A stretch of 64,000 nucleotides of DNA from Ptychomitrium polyphyllum (lineage: Eukaryota): positions 5,394,001-5,458,000 of the forward strand of contig OZ316776.1 in assembly GCA_973851085.1 (NCBI GenBank), given 5' to 3'. Shown one piece after another: positions 39,201 to 52,560 of the stretch; within the stretch, counting starts at the first letter, position 1, and the number at the start of each line of letters is the position of its first letter. The notes beneath the pieces are model-generated. The model saw only the letters and a program-made list of their open reading frames with translations, ran no database searches and was not told the origin of the DNA. The position numbers were made by a program, and so were the translations under genes.

Positions 39201-41425
39201 TAGCAAGTAAAAGCAAAGCATAGAAAACATCAAATTTCACAACTTCTATAAACAAATAAAAATTGGAACGTCCAAAAGACTGTTCAACTCTCTAAATGCA
39301 TGCTCTAACATTAGAATTTCCGTACTTCGACCATTTGTCATCCTAGCGTAATCTAATAATGAGGCATTGCTTAAACCACTTGCTTTAGTAAGTCACTCCT
39401 TTTATATGGGTTAGCAACACAACCTTGCAAATATAGGAGTTATTGGATCAAGATATAAATAAATGAAAAAATATTCTCAGGCGTGAAAAAATTTCATACC
39501 GTGAAAGTTTGAGAATCACTTAGTTTTGATAGGAACTCATTGTCGTCATTCATTTCGAAGAAAAAATCTGGAAGTACCACCATTATGCAATTATTCCACA
39601 CCTTTCAAATCCATTAACCAGTTGTGTAATAAGCTGACAATGAAATCAACCAACATCCAATTGTACAATTGTACTCAGGTAGACTGTCTTGGTAATCACC
39701 AAGACATACAGTACACCTATCCGCCTGCAAAATATGAAACCTGAGGGCAAATTGAAATATGAAAAGACTTGCAAAACAAACGGAAGAACTTACCGCCATG
39801 CTCGTCAACCAAGAACTGAACCTCTGTTCCAAAAACTATGTCTTCAATTGTAACAACCGACGCATAAATAACAGCCTTCCAGTTGACCTGAACAGAACTA
39901 GCCAGAAATAAGCAACACAATTCCGTGACTGTCAAAATACTAATGTTATCGCTCTGGTGATGACCTATTCACAATGCCCATCTAGGAGTAATTAAATAAA
40001 GCGTTGAGTAAGCGATCAGAATGAACTTTTATTCTACATACACTGTCAGTAACACTGTAACACCATGTGCAGATGCAAGCGAGGGGATCAATTGCCCAAC
40101 AAGCAGCCCGAATTCACAGCGAGTTCTATAAATTGGATCATTGTAAATGTTAAGAATCAAGTGATCAACCATAAGATGAACTATGACGAATCACCTCAGT
40201 GATGGTTCTCGCAATATCTGGATCGGATGGCCGCCCATTGCCAGCTAGCATTGCCTCCCTCTCGTGCTTAGTTAGTTCTTCTAAAGGATGGTAACCCCAC
40301 TTTCCTCGCCGCTTGTGTGCCTCAGGTTTAGAACCGGAATGATCAGCAGCCACATTCACCTGCCATCCTTGGTTCCTCCGAACTATTCCGGACTGCTCCA
40401 CAGGTTGGCCAGCAAACCTATCAGAAAAATCAGAACCGTGAACACCAGAGTCCTCAAAACCAAGCCAACAAATCAGAAGACCGTCCAACACCTATCAGTA
40501 ACTTCCTGACCATAATTAACTCCTAATTAATCCTAATCCTGACAATGTAGACACAATGTACGAGTGAGTTCATCAGATTCCACAAATTTCCCACAATCCA
40601 AAGTCGCCAAGAACTTCGAAGCGGCTGAAAGCATTAATTCTAAATTTTTATCTTCCGAAATCAAAATCATCAGAAAGGCAAACGTAAAATCCCAATTCGA
40701 CAGCTACTGCAGCTACGGAGAATTATAGCGCACGGACGCTGCAATAAAAAAACTGTTTAATCCAAATCCGCAGACATCAAATAAAGATTGAAACTCATGC
40801 AAAACATGATCACCCTGATAACGGACCAAAATATCACCCTGAAATGCCTAGTTTCACCAATCAGATAAATCGCACTGGAATTAGCGGTGGAATAAAAAAT
40901 GCAATTTCAGGACGAAATCCACCAACCTAACCCGCTCACTAACTAACAACCCCTTGCCCTAAGAATATCCATCTCTCCCACCCCAGAGAACACTATCAAT
41001 ACCAGCTCCGCATGCCTCCACTCGACGAAAACCCCCCCGCGCTTCCTTCCCGGCCCTTCCACAACGCAGAGGTGGACAACACCGACATGGCCAAAGCTCC
41101 CGCCCCGCCGTCCACACCGCAGCAAACCGCAGGAAACGATAAACTCCCCATACCTGCACCAAAACCAACATGAACTCAAAGATCACCCCACACATCGGGG
41201 GCACATCCAAACACATCCAAAACACATCCAAACACACCCCCAACCCTCGCATTGCCGAGACACCATCCTCCGCACATGCACACTCGCTCGACGCAATGGG
41301 GATGGAAACCCTCATGGAGCCACAGCCGACCTCACAACAGGGGCACCTCAACTCTAGATATTGCAAGTGTCCGCAATTGCGGACGAGCGGTGTGCACCTG
41401 CGGCACAGGGCAGCACCACAGCCAT
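36285..41425 (-). CDS. At3g49140/At3g59300-like protein (FMN-binding split-barrel / HugZ-like fold family, function unknown; probable plastid transit peptide); 11 exons, ~640 aa
   Basis: Family motifs YHPLEE, ARTITEVN, FLVDEHGDFFFE, WGGPETLAWVHPLEFA, LTITGVVR, FYKLEM, DILAHSA, ALKALCRREKGLEVEEATVIGIDCLGMDLRVSAGIEVQTLRF. Exons (minus): 41425-41398, 41153-41003, 40417-40195, 39887-39794, 39567-39500, 39064-38909, 38601-38458, 38086-37394, 37173-37021, 36754-36659, 36401-36285 (1923 nt, in frame). The first exon and start codon are less certain (alternative ATG at 41151). Confidence 0.85.
41203..41236 (+). repeat. Short tandem repeat (CACATCCAAA)x3 in intron 1 of the split-barrel gene
   Basis: CACATCCAAACACATCCAAAACACATCCAAACAC visible directly. 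Confidence 0.85.
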
Positions 41426-44400
41426 GGCTGCCCCTGAACTCCGGGCGCTCTGCAAGGAAAACGCCGCACTCCGGATCCACTCCTGAAAACTTAGAGCTCA
41501 CAGCAGTGGTGGTGGCGAAAGAGAGAAAAGCGCGACATGGGGTGCCAGGAGCACATCGCGGGTACCGCGGTCGCCCAGGGGCATCGCAATTGTGTGCGAC
41601 AGGAATCGCCCCGGATGCCTTCGACGCATCCGCGTGCAACGCTTGCAACGCCGGCCTCGCTTGCATGCGCTGCGCCCGCGCCCACTGGGGCCTGGCCCCA
41701 ATGTCCACGCTATCGTCTCCCGGGTATCCCCGGGTATGAATCGTCCGGCGCCGGTTTCCTCTGTTCGCGCCGAGGTCGCCCCTGCCGTGTACAGCCGTGA
41801 TGCTGCTGTGATATGGCGCTGGTGCTGCTGAGACACCCGTGCGATACTGGGGTAGGTGATGCAAGCTTGGCACGGGAGCTTGGTGGGTGGGGGTTGTGGT
41901 GTCCGTAGATAAATCAGACCGTGATCTGGATGTGGGCAGCGGGGTGTCTGGGGCCCACACAGTACCGAGGCATGCAGTTTTCACGGACGTTCGTATGTGT
42001 GGGTGTATTTGTGATGACAATAGTTGGTTTGGGAACTCAGAACCCTTCTCTCACCCTCTGCCTCACTGTACTCTGACCTCTTTCCTGGCCCTTATTTGTG
42101 TTTATGATTGCAGCAGGTATTCTGATATGATAATATTTTTCTTTGATTGGCGTGCATGTTTTTGGTACAACACTTAGAGTTTAAAAGAGATGTTCATTAG
42201 CTTTATGAATGTGAATTGGTTGAGTTTCTAAATAACTCCAATAACGACATAATAAAACATAAATCTTTTTTGACATTTTAGATCTCCAATTCAATGTTGT
42301 TTCAAAAATTGTGTTTTTGTCCTTACCATCATACTTATAATCTTTAAAATCATACCTATTCGTCAATAAAGTACTAGAATCAAGTGCACAGAATTTAATA
42401 TACATGCCTTAGCAATCAACATTCAATTTCTAATCCCATGTAGCATTAGTGAATTGGATACACATTACATATAGTGTAAATTTCTCCTCTAATCTTCCAT
42501 ACATCACCAAATCCATACATCTCACAGCATCTAATTTACTTATATTGAAACTTGGTCAATTATAACACCAAACAATATGAAATTTTTACAATTCCATGTT
42601 GCCCAACTCCCCTCCACTTCACACCCCCACCCAGCCCTACAACTTAACCTACCACTAACTAACATCATTTTGTTCATACAGTATTCTTACAAATCATGAA
42701 GTATTTTTTGCTGTGGTTGGTCACTGCACTTTCTATTAGGTAGCAGTCAACGCATGCCTTTGAACTTTCTTCCATTGCTGACATTCTTTTCCATAATTGT
42801 CTTACTCTGTCACAAAAAATAGCTCACTCAAGGCTCTCATACTTGCTTGAGGTTGGGTTTGCCTCTCTCATGACTGAGTTGTGGAGGCGAACAAGATAGT
42901 TGTCCCTACAGAATCTCTCTGTTTCAATTGAGGACCCTTGAATGCCTCGCCTTTATAATCTTATTGGGTCTCATTAGTATCCCGGCTACTTCCAAAGTCG
43001 TTGTAAAGATGACAAATGTCACCCTCCAGCACCGGTCCCTTTCCCATGTTGAACTATATTTTGAGATGATGGACCGATAGGATCCAAATGCATTTCAAAT
43101 GAAGTAATAGGAAGATATTCAGCTGCACAAAGATTAAAAAATTAAAAAATCTTAACACTGCAAAATCGCCTTGTCCAAGTACAGATGCAGGAAATCAATT
43201 GGAACATTCCATTTGTAAAGGGCCATGGTACTCCTTGCTTCCTAAGATACCATGGCATGATGCTAATGAGCTCCAGGCAAACAAGTTTCAAAGGTGACAA
43301 AGTTCATCGCAATGCCCGAAAAGAGCAGACGTCCTTAATAACCTGGAATAAGTATTTTTGGTTTATGGTATTACAACATGATATTCTGTACCCAAATATT
43401 TCATATTTATTTTCATCCACATGTTTTGATTAGTATAGAAGGCCCCACCAAGGATAATTTATTTATTGGTTTCAAAATTTTATTATACTTTACATAAATA
43501 TAATATTTCAATTTCATTTTCATTTTTTAAACAAAGGATTATATAATGGTCCTAAAAGATATCATTTACTTTTAAAATACATGGTTTTTCAAACAAACAA
43601 TTACATATACATATATAAACTAAGTTGCCACTAAAAATCTAAAATTTTACAAAAATTTGTATTTGTTAAAAATGAAATCTTGATGTGCTATCTTCCTCAC
43701 AAATTAGTAATTTCATCTAATCCAAGTTCAAAGATTTAGATGTGTCTACCTGATCATTTATTTATTTTTCAAATTTTTCTTAAAACTTGGTGTTAAGTAA
43801 TTATACTTGGTGTGTTGTAGAAAGCCCAAAAAAACGGTAGATTAAACATATCTAGCAGAACAAATTCAACTAGATATGTATTAGAGTTGTAATGGTAGGA
43901 ATATTGAGTCTTGAAATTTGTGGTTTATGAACGTTTTAACAATATACTATCCTCAATTAATTGTAGTTTAGATTAAACTCTAACTGCACAATAAATATGG
44001 ATGTTGGATTGCATCATTCTAATTTCATGACATTTTACACCATTTCTCATACAATATTTTAACCACATTCTTTGATGACTTTCATACTATAAACCAATAC
44101 AACACCTCCATATGTCATTATCCAACATGCTTCATTCCCATGTACAAGGTGATAAAGATCTAACTGGTAATTTATGTTAAAAGGCAAACCAAGTTTACAA
44201 GCAATCTAATAACCCTAATACCCTTATTTAGTGTATTTAGTGCAGATTCAGGATACCTACCGCCTGCAGAACAGAGATGTGCACCCAACGACCCGTCACA
44301 GAACCGGCAGAATCATGCTTGCCCAAAACCATCACCGAAGGCCCGAAGCCGACATCATCTACCGCCTCCGTACACTACAAAGAGGGAAAATCTACAAGCG

Positions 44401-44695
44401 AGCAGAAATGACGCCGTTCGAAGATGCAGTGACGGTCAGCAGTGCACCCGATTTCGACATGATGGCGCTTCTGGGAAGAGGGATGGTTTAGGGTACGCAG
44501 TGAAGATACCCGGAAAGGATGGGGCGGGTCTCAACCAAGGGAAGGCGCAGGACTGGGAGTGGTGCACATCTTCGCAAAGGTGCGAAGCCAAGCAGCCTCA
44601 GATCGTTTTTGTTGTTGCCTTGGAGTGCGGATTGTTCCTCTGAGCGCAGGCTTCCAACGCTCGCAGCGCATTGAATGACCACAGCGCCTGCAGCC

Positions 44696-47600
44696 ATGGG
44701 GCAAGACGTCGAGATGAAGCCCGCTGATGCTGCGCCGCATTCCACACTCTCTCGTGAGAAACCACCGTCATTTCTGTTGTTAGCTTAGGTTTCTGTGAAT
44801 GACTGCTGGCGATGAGTGGTGCGGAGAGTTGGATTTGGTTCCTTAAGGGTTTGGCGGAGGGTGTGGTGTTTGTGGATGTTTCTGCTGGAGTTTGGGTCCG
44901 TTTGAGGAGGGTGAGGTTAAGTTGGAGTTGTTTGGAGGATGGAAAGAAAGGACAGGGAGTGTGTGTCGGTTTTGTTTGTTGGAGTGTCTAGAGGATTGGT
45001 GACAGTTTTATGTGATTAGGGTTTCAGACGGTGGAGGGAACCGGAGGTGGCGAGGTGAGGGTTTTGGTATGCGGCGGTGCTGCCGATGGGCTTGATCGTT
45101 GATGATCGTATTGATGTTGATGTTGTGTGCATTACAGAGCTGAAAGCAGTGGTGACTTCGATTGAGAAGGGAGTGACGATTAAGGAGATGCGGTTGATGG
45201 CCCGTGCGAATCGCCAGATGCTGGTAGTTCGCCGACAGTTGAAAGCGTTCACGGTGAACGCGTTTTTGAAGCATGCCCTTCCTGCTGGTTCCGAAGCCTT
45301 GTCTCGCCTGTTGCCGTTCGTTGCTGGGGTACGCACTCTAACTGGGGAATGGCAAAGTTGGAGAATACTTGGTTAGTAATTAGATGTTGCAGCAGTGATC
45401 ATGGCGTAGTGCTACGACTGCAATTGACAGGCATTAGGTTTATGCTTACCCTGTTTGGGAGCTAAGATCTTGGCATATTCTGTGATGGATAATTGTTAGG
45501 TCTTATTATACCCTTATGAGTGCAAAGCACAGTGCAACTGTAAACTGCTCCTGACATTTGCAGACAGGAGCGTGATGTTTAAGGCAAATCCTTGGGCATT
45601 GTAATATTATCCGATCTATTTGTCGAGTAATGGTCTTAATCGTGTTGAGTCTCGATTGATCCTTAGTCAAGGTCTTTAATCGTCTTGCTTATGTTATTTC
45701 AACAAGTGAAGACATACTAGTGCAAGGAATAGCAGGATATTGCTCTTCCAAATTTCTCTGTGTTATCTCAGCTACGTCAATATGTTCTTCTACAATTTCT
45801 TTAGCGTTCCATGTGTGACCATTTTTCATGAGCAATAAGGTAGGTTTGTCTATTCTGACTATATTTAGTTGCTTTCCAGGTTGAGAATTGTGAAAAAGAC
45901 ATGGACGTGGATACTCCTCCAGCTGCGGGGCAATCCCATCTTTCTCAGAAGCAATCTGTGCTACCAGAAGTCGAAATATTTTGCTACTTGTTGGTTACCG
46001 TCTTCTTAATTGATCAGAAGCAGTTGGAAGAGGTGTGCATTCTATTTCCTGGAAGGTCTTTTGTCCTCATAGTCGCCTATTTAAACTCGTTCTTTTAGGA
46101 GCGTAGGAATGGCAACATCTTGCATTGATGATAACAAGTATGTGTGGAGGAATGAAAATTATGTTGAAATTATGCTGAGCTCTTAGGATTATCGTAGCAG
46201 AAAGCAGCCACGTGCTGTATCGACCAGCCTACGAGGGAAATAATTATTATGTGCGTTGTTGACTGCAGGCAAAGGCTTGCTCATCTGCAGCTGTCAAAAG
46301 GCTCCAACAGCTAAACCGTCGAACTCTAGATGTTCTAGCTGCACGAGTTTACTACTACTACTCCTACAGCCACGAGCTTACAGATTCTCTTACTGATATT
46401 CGTGGGTGAGATTTTTTCCTAGTGTATGATGGATACTGGGTTTGTCAAAAGTTGAAGTGTGTCATATGAAATGTTTTTCACTAATTTAGGATTCTGGATT
46501 CCTTAATGGCAGGACTTTGCTGGCTTTGCATCAGACAGCCACGCTCCGGCATGATGAGCTTGGACAGGCATGTGTTATTGTCAATTTTTGGAAAACATTT
46601 GTGTTAAAAGTCTCAATATGGCATCTGTGGGTTTTCAATGGTCTTTCGTGATAAATTTGTGTTCTCTTCTTGGACTTATCTAGGGCTTTCTTGTTTGGTG
46701 GATACAACATAATTGATGTGCATGAAATAGCTGTGATGTTTGGTAAAAGTTATTCTTGTGGGGTCAATCTAAAAGCAGGGGCTATCTGCATTAGATGGGG
46801 TTATTTTATTTTCTTTTAATGTTGGAGCTCTGCAGTACAGCCGTGCCCCTAATAATTTGCTGGCGGTGGTTGGGTATCTTGTTTCGGGGGAGCAGGAAAC
46901 ACTGCTGAACTTGTTGCTACGTAATTATTTGCACTACAACCTTTACGATCATGCAGAGAAACTTCGTTCAAAAACTCAACGATCTGACTCCCACTCCAAT
47001 CAGCAGGTATCCATTGTCTGACTTCTTTGACATAGATTCTGTTCTGCGGTGGAGTTATTGTACCCTTCCTGACACGATGTGCTTGGCTTGTGCAGCTTTG
47101 TAGGTACTTGTACTATTTGGGAAAGATTCGAACAATTCAACTAGAATACACTGATGCCAAAGAGTGCTTGTTGCAAGCAGCACGCAAGGCTCCGGCCAGT
47201 GCTAGAGGTTTCAGAATTCAGTGTACAAAGTGGGCAGTCATTGTACGCCTGCTCTTGGGCGAGATCCCTGAACGCACAACATTTATGCAACCAGGGATGC
47301 GCAAGGCCCTCTGGTCCTACTTCGAGCTTACCAATGTCTGCATCATCACTTGCTCATCGCTTATGATGTTTTAGTTGGGGGCTGACTTGTGAGCCATCCA
47401 TGGTTTTCTTTTGTTTTAGGCAACAGTTACTGCAGTAGTTCATTCATTGTCCCTAGTCTCGATGACTCAATGATGAAGTAATCTATTCTTGAGTATCGTT
47501 ATCTACTGGCACGCTGATCTTGTGGTCATCTTGTATGACAGGCTGTGCGTATTGGAGATTTAGAGCTGTTCCGCTCTGTCGCTGAGAAGAATTCAAGTGT

Positions 47601-48264
47601 CTTTACTACTGATAAAAGTCACAACCTGATTGTGCGTTTGCGACACAACGTTATTCGAACAGGTCTTCGGAACATCAGTATTGCTTATTCGAGAATCTCG
47701 TTAGCTGATGTAGCCACAAAATTACACTTGGATTCTGCGACACCTGTGGATGACGCTGAGTGCATTGTCACAAAGGCCATTCGGGATGGAGGAATTGATG
47801 CTAGTGTGGACCATTCTAAAGGCTGGATGCAGTCAAAAGAAACTGGCGATATTTACTCGACGCAGGTCCGTCAAAGAGTGAATAATATTAGGAGGTTTTT
47901 TTTTTTGGTAAAATGAAGTGATATTTGGATGAGGGGTCATCCCGTTTTCAGGGGTTTTAATCCAGGCCTGATTATAGGGAAAGTGTTACTTTTGCCTCTT
48001 TGATCGTTTCTTTGATTGCTTATATTGATTAGTAGATAGTTCACTAATTGAAGATGTCTTTCATGATTGCAGGAACCTCAACAGGCGTTTCACTCTCGAA
48101 TTGCTTTCTGTCTTAATACACATAATGAAGCAGTGAAAGCTTTACGTTTTCCACCAGATGCTCATAAGAAGGAACTGGAGAGTGCTGAAAAACGCCGTGA
48201 GCGTCAGCAGCAAGAACAAGAACTTGCAAAGCACATTGCTGAGGAGGACGACGATGAGTTTTAG
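44696..48264 (+). CDS. RPN3: 26S proteasome non-ATPase regulatory subunit 3 (lid subunit RPN3/PSMD3, PCI domain); 9 exons, 486 aa
   Basis: MGQDVEMK...; [92 protein letters not shown]-terminus [23 protein letters not shown]. Exons: 44696-44753, 45138-45328, 45880-46032, 46269-46405, 46513-46567, 46896-47006, 47096-47335, 47542-47865, 48073-48264 (1461 nt). Confidence 0.97.
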
Positions 48265-49470
48265 ATAGTTTCTAGGTTCTATATGATAGACCAGATGTCC
48301 TTCAGCATCTTCAAGCTCTTCGGTTTTGCTGTTTATAAATGAAAATCATCTTGTAAAGCTTCCAATTGAGATAGGATAATCATTTCTGTTGATGGCTCTG
48401 AGATGTAGCAGGGATATGGCTTTTTGTTCCTGCTTTTAACACGAGCAGTGTAAATGAACTTGGAAGATTGTTCACAGATATTAATACTGTCTTGGTAGAA
48501 AGGAGGAAGTTTTATTTCCTTCTTTGTTTGCTTTCTTCCATCTCGTTTGGAAGCAGAGGACTTAGCATGTCCATATGGTGCCTCCGTCCAGATTGTTTAT
48601 TCATCTATGTTGAGTGTACATGTTCGAAGATTATGTGTATTTAATGTTAGGCCATGCTGCGAAGGTCGAGTAATAACTAAGATTTACAACAAGGGAGTTG
48701 TGCTACCGAAACTCGTGGATTGTTACCGGCGGTTGAGGAGTTTTGTGTAAGTACATTACCTTGAGCGTGTTGCTCAATTTCGTTTGAGGATGTTGTCTAA
48801 AAACCTTCTACCATCCTATTATGTCTCATCGTAGGTTGCTGTGTTTGGCTGGGATGACAATCCCTTACCTTGATCGTCGCTCAATATTATTTACGTTTTA
48901 ATCATCGTCAAAGTAGTTTGTTTCTTGTGTTAATGAATAGACACATTAGTGCCCCTGTAATGTCAATTATAGATCTGGAAGCCAAACCGTGGATTCCAGT
49001 TGCACCTCGTGGAGCTTTAGAAGTTGTGCACTGAACCAACCTCAGGTGTAGAGCTGGACACGAAGACCCGCGAATTACTAACTGGAGTGCCCACGTCTTT
49101 GCACAAGCTCCTGCATATCCCACTTCCAGTTCGGTTTGGGACGGATTGAGGAGACCGTGAGACTGTACCCTAAAATCACGATCACGATGGTACGGTGGGG
49201 AAATGGATTTTCTTACTTCTGTTGCCTGTGAGGCTATGGTAGCTCTAGTTTTTGAAATTTATGTCATCACCATCAGGCGTTCAAGACAATATGTTATGTA
49301 TGGAGAGTCTCAACCAGATACTTGGGATCAATTCATTTCTTCTAAGACTAGTTGCTATATTGCAAGCCACATAAAAGGAAAAATGTTGTAATTCCAAGCG
49401 GAGAGACGAAGTTTCTGGCGACCTATTAGATAACGTGGGGAGGATTAAGAAATACTGGAGGGAATTAGAG

Positions 49471-51321
49471 CTATGAGGATGCAGGCCTTGAGGTCTCACA
49501 CGACGCAGGGGGTGGTTGTTGCGGCTGTTGACGGGGTGATGACTCTTGATGTTGTGGATCTATTGGAGGACAATCATGGTCTCCAGATAAAGGCTTTTCG
49601 GGGTCTTGAGGAGGGGATTTGGGGGCCTGAAGATGTGCCAAGAAAACAGAGGGTCCACCGTTTGCAGGAGCAGTGTTGCTTGCAGGAGGACTGGGGTTGG
49701 TGGTGGAGGCCGCGGCAGCAATGGCGAAGGTCTCACGAAGTCTTGCAATCTCGGAGGTCGCTAGCGCCAGTTGTGTCTGCAGGTGCGCCACCTGTACTCA
49801 GGACCCTCCTGCGTTCAACATTCTTCTCATTCTTTCCTTTTGTAGAACTCTTTCAGTTTGATATTTCGAACTATTAGTGCACACCCTTTTATAACCACAT
49901 ATTTTGTGTAATTTCAGCTTTGGCCGTAATCACTCGAGCAAAACCTAAGTTCGTGACTCATGAGTGCAAGAATAGACTTTGTTCGCAGTCGTATTAGAAT
50001 ATGTTTTTACCTCTTCCGAATTTTTTTCCTAAACCCCTAAAAAGTGAAGAGACTCATGAGCTCAAATTCTTCTCTGTCAAAGTAGCTAAAAAGTAGGTAT
50101 ACTATCTCTCTTAATGGTCACAGTTCTTGAGTTGATTTGGTCACTGTTTGTTCCTTTTCGTAACCTATTTTATTTTTTCAATTCTCGTAGAACAAAGTTT
50201 TGACAGTAGTTCTCTATGCACTCGTTTGAGAAGAAGATGAACTACTATAGCTGTTTTCGAAGAGATGGTTTTGGGACTTTCCAGATAATACTTGGGCGAC
50301 AGGTTTTCTCATCAACTGTATGTCCTTGCAGCTGAAACATGTGAAAGCAGTTATGTGAAAGGAGTGAAATAGGGTCCACCTTCAGCCGCCAGCCACATCC
50401 ACTGAACGTTTTCAAAATGAAGGTGCTCATAAAAGGACCTTTTTGCTCACTTCAAGGGTTTTACTTAGTGAACCTCACGAACTGTAGGCTCATATCCAAG
50501 CTGAGAACCACACTCGCTGTGAATGGTTGTGTAGAAAGCACGTCAGTCCCTGGCTAAGAATTTTAAAGCACAGTAGTTCTTGACAAAGAGAAGGGACGGA
50601 AATGTGATTGTTGCGTGAAGTGTCCATGAATAACCAGGAATGATTTTTCATAATTTGTTGTCACGAGGTTGAGTACCTAAATCTACTTAACCAGGGGTAA
50701 GAAAAACCAGCATAACAACATACGAAGAAATCATGTCAACGGGCTATTGTTGAGCTCTTTGAATCACATGATGATGAGAGGAGGAATCAGCAAGGAGAGG
50801 TTAAAGAGTATGCGGGGGATAAGGATGAAGGAAGACCTGCTGCTGAAGTACAGATATAGCACCTACACAGCCGTACACAGGATCCTGAACGCGCGCATCC
50901 GCCTCGTACGCAAGGGAATTCACACAATCTTCACGGTGGGGAGGTGGTAACTCATGTAACATCTTGGTGACGTTCGCGACGCCAAACACCTACCAGCCTT
51001 TCACTCCCCCCTCTTCAAGATTGATTGCCATTGTAATCGTCTACCTAAGCATCTCTTTGTACATGTGCTCTAGTGTTCTACTAGTGCAGACCTACGTTAT
51101 TCTCTGACATTCAAGTTTCTCAACTGATGCAAAACTTCTATAAGAGGGATCAGGAAGCACACCTTGTGAACATGAGCAAACTTCTGTGGTTGGTCTGGGG
51201 GGAAGTAAGGGGCAAACAGGCACTGAGCAGTGCATTTTCGCCGAAGGACACGGCAAGCTGCACACGCCGAAGTGCCTGGCGCCGACGCCATCACCATCCT
51301 TAAGCGGCGGTATGGATGCAT
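49471..51321 (-). CDS. Class I LOB-domain (LBD/ASL) transcription factor; 3 exons, ~210 aa
   Basis: C-block CAACRVLRRKCTAQCLFAPYFP (CX2CX6CX3C); GAS-block FAHVHKVFGVANV...DCVNSLAYEADARVQDPVYGCVG; leucine-zipper-like LQQQVAHLQTQL; Pro/Gln-rich tail. Exons (minus): 51321-51163, 50989-50837, 49791-49471. The start could instead be one of the Met codons 8-10 residues downstream. Confidence 0.93.
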
Positions 51322-52560
51322 CTACTCCTCTTTTGCCCCCGCTATGCAAGTCGTTTCTCATCTACTCTGCCATTCGTCATCACTCCCGTCTCCACCTTCT
51401 TCTTCCAGATTGATCTTCTCTTGCTGTTTCCACTCTTTCTTCCCCATTTCAGCATGCCTTGCTTCTCACCTTCATGCGGCAGCGCAAGCTTTGCAACCTC
51501 ATTTGGTGGGTAACTTCTGCTGGACGGTTGGTTCAACGGCTGCTCTCTCCCTTTTTGGATCCCAATACAGTCAAACCTCTTTAAAAGATAGCAGTTGGGA
51601 GTACCAAAATGTTAACTAAGAGGTGTCAGTTTTCTTGCCATAAGCAGGGTGCCCCTTTTACCACCTTACCAAAAAGTAAATATTGTAAATATTGTGAAGA
51701 ATCAAGTTGTATAGGATCAGTTGAACCCTCACCTGTGTCACGTGATTAGTAAGTTTGCCTTTGGACTGTCAAGTGAAGAAACTACTCACACAAACGCCGC
51801 GTTGTGCTCTTTCAGGTCCCTTCACCCCACATTTTCTTTGCTGTACGTTTCATTCATAATCTGAAGCAATGACTGTGCAGTGTTTACGGTGAGGTATGTA
51901 ACCGTGCCTAATTTCTGAAAGTGATGCTCACCAGTTTTATCCGGCATGGGCTCGAGATATCAATATTGAAAGCTCAGTTTCTCTCTCATGCTGAATTGGA
52001 GCTGGGTAGGGTTATACAGACGTGGATGGCGTACGTCGAACAATGTGTTCGAAGCCAAAACATGTGTCCATCTTGATTTTGAATTGACTTTTCATCAATG
52101 GAATTTTCATATCATTTGTTTCGAGATGGAGTAAAGGTACATGTTTTCTTCGAACAATGAGGTGATTATATATGCAAGGATATGTATCCACATACTGTTT
52201 CTATAATCATGGATGGAGAAATTAACTGCAATAAAAGGTACCCTGAGGTTTGACTTGATGACCAAAGTGAAATATGGTTCAAAGTGAAATATAGTGAGTA
52301 TGCAGAGCAGAACGGTGTGCAAATGAAAGACAGCAATCCTTACAAAGGCTCTTGTAATATTGTATTTTTTATGAAAGAAAAGATTTCAAGGACATGTAGG
52401 CTCGTTTCATGGTGCCAAAACTTGAAATTATGATACACTGCTGTAGTTTTAAAAACAGTAAGTGCAGTTTTACACTCTTCAAATACAAATGCAAACTCAT
52501 TCTCTACGGTATTGAGATGGAAGGCCCGGTCCAGAGGTCTAGGATCGAGTAAAGAATCTG

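Noticed and set aside
40418..40491. Longer version of exon 3 of the split-barrel gene suggested by ORF 40165-40491
   Set aside because: The phase is incompatible with the upstream donor at 41002 and would give a premature stop. The acceptor at 40418 restores the frame.
40959..42020. 353-aa minus-strand ORF and several overlapping ORFs (e.g. 41170-41739 +)
   Set aside because: They span the GC-rich promoter, first exons and intron 1 of the split-barrel gene in other frames. They have no motif, and stop codons are simply scarce at this GC content.
47007..47095. Possible U12-type intron in RPN3 (GTATCCAT donor, TTCCTGAC upstream of acceptor)
   Set aside because: The donor deviates from GTATCCTT. 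The branch motif fits the U2 CTGAC and lies 23 nt from the acceptor, so this is more likely an ordinary U2 intron.
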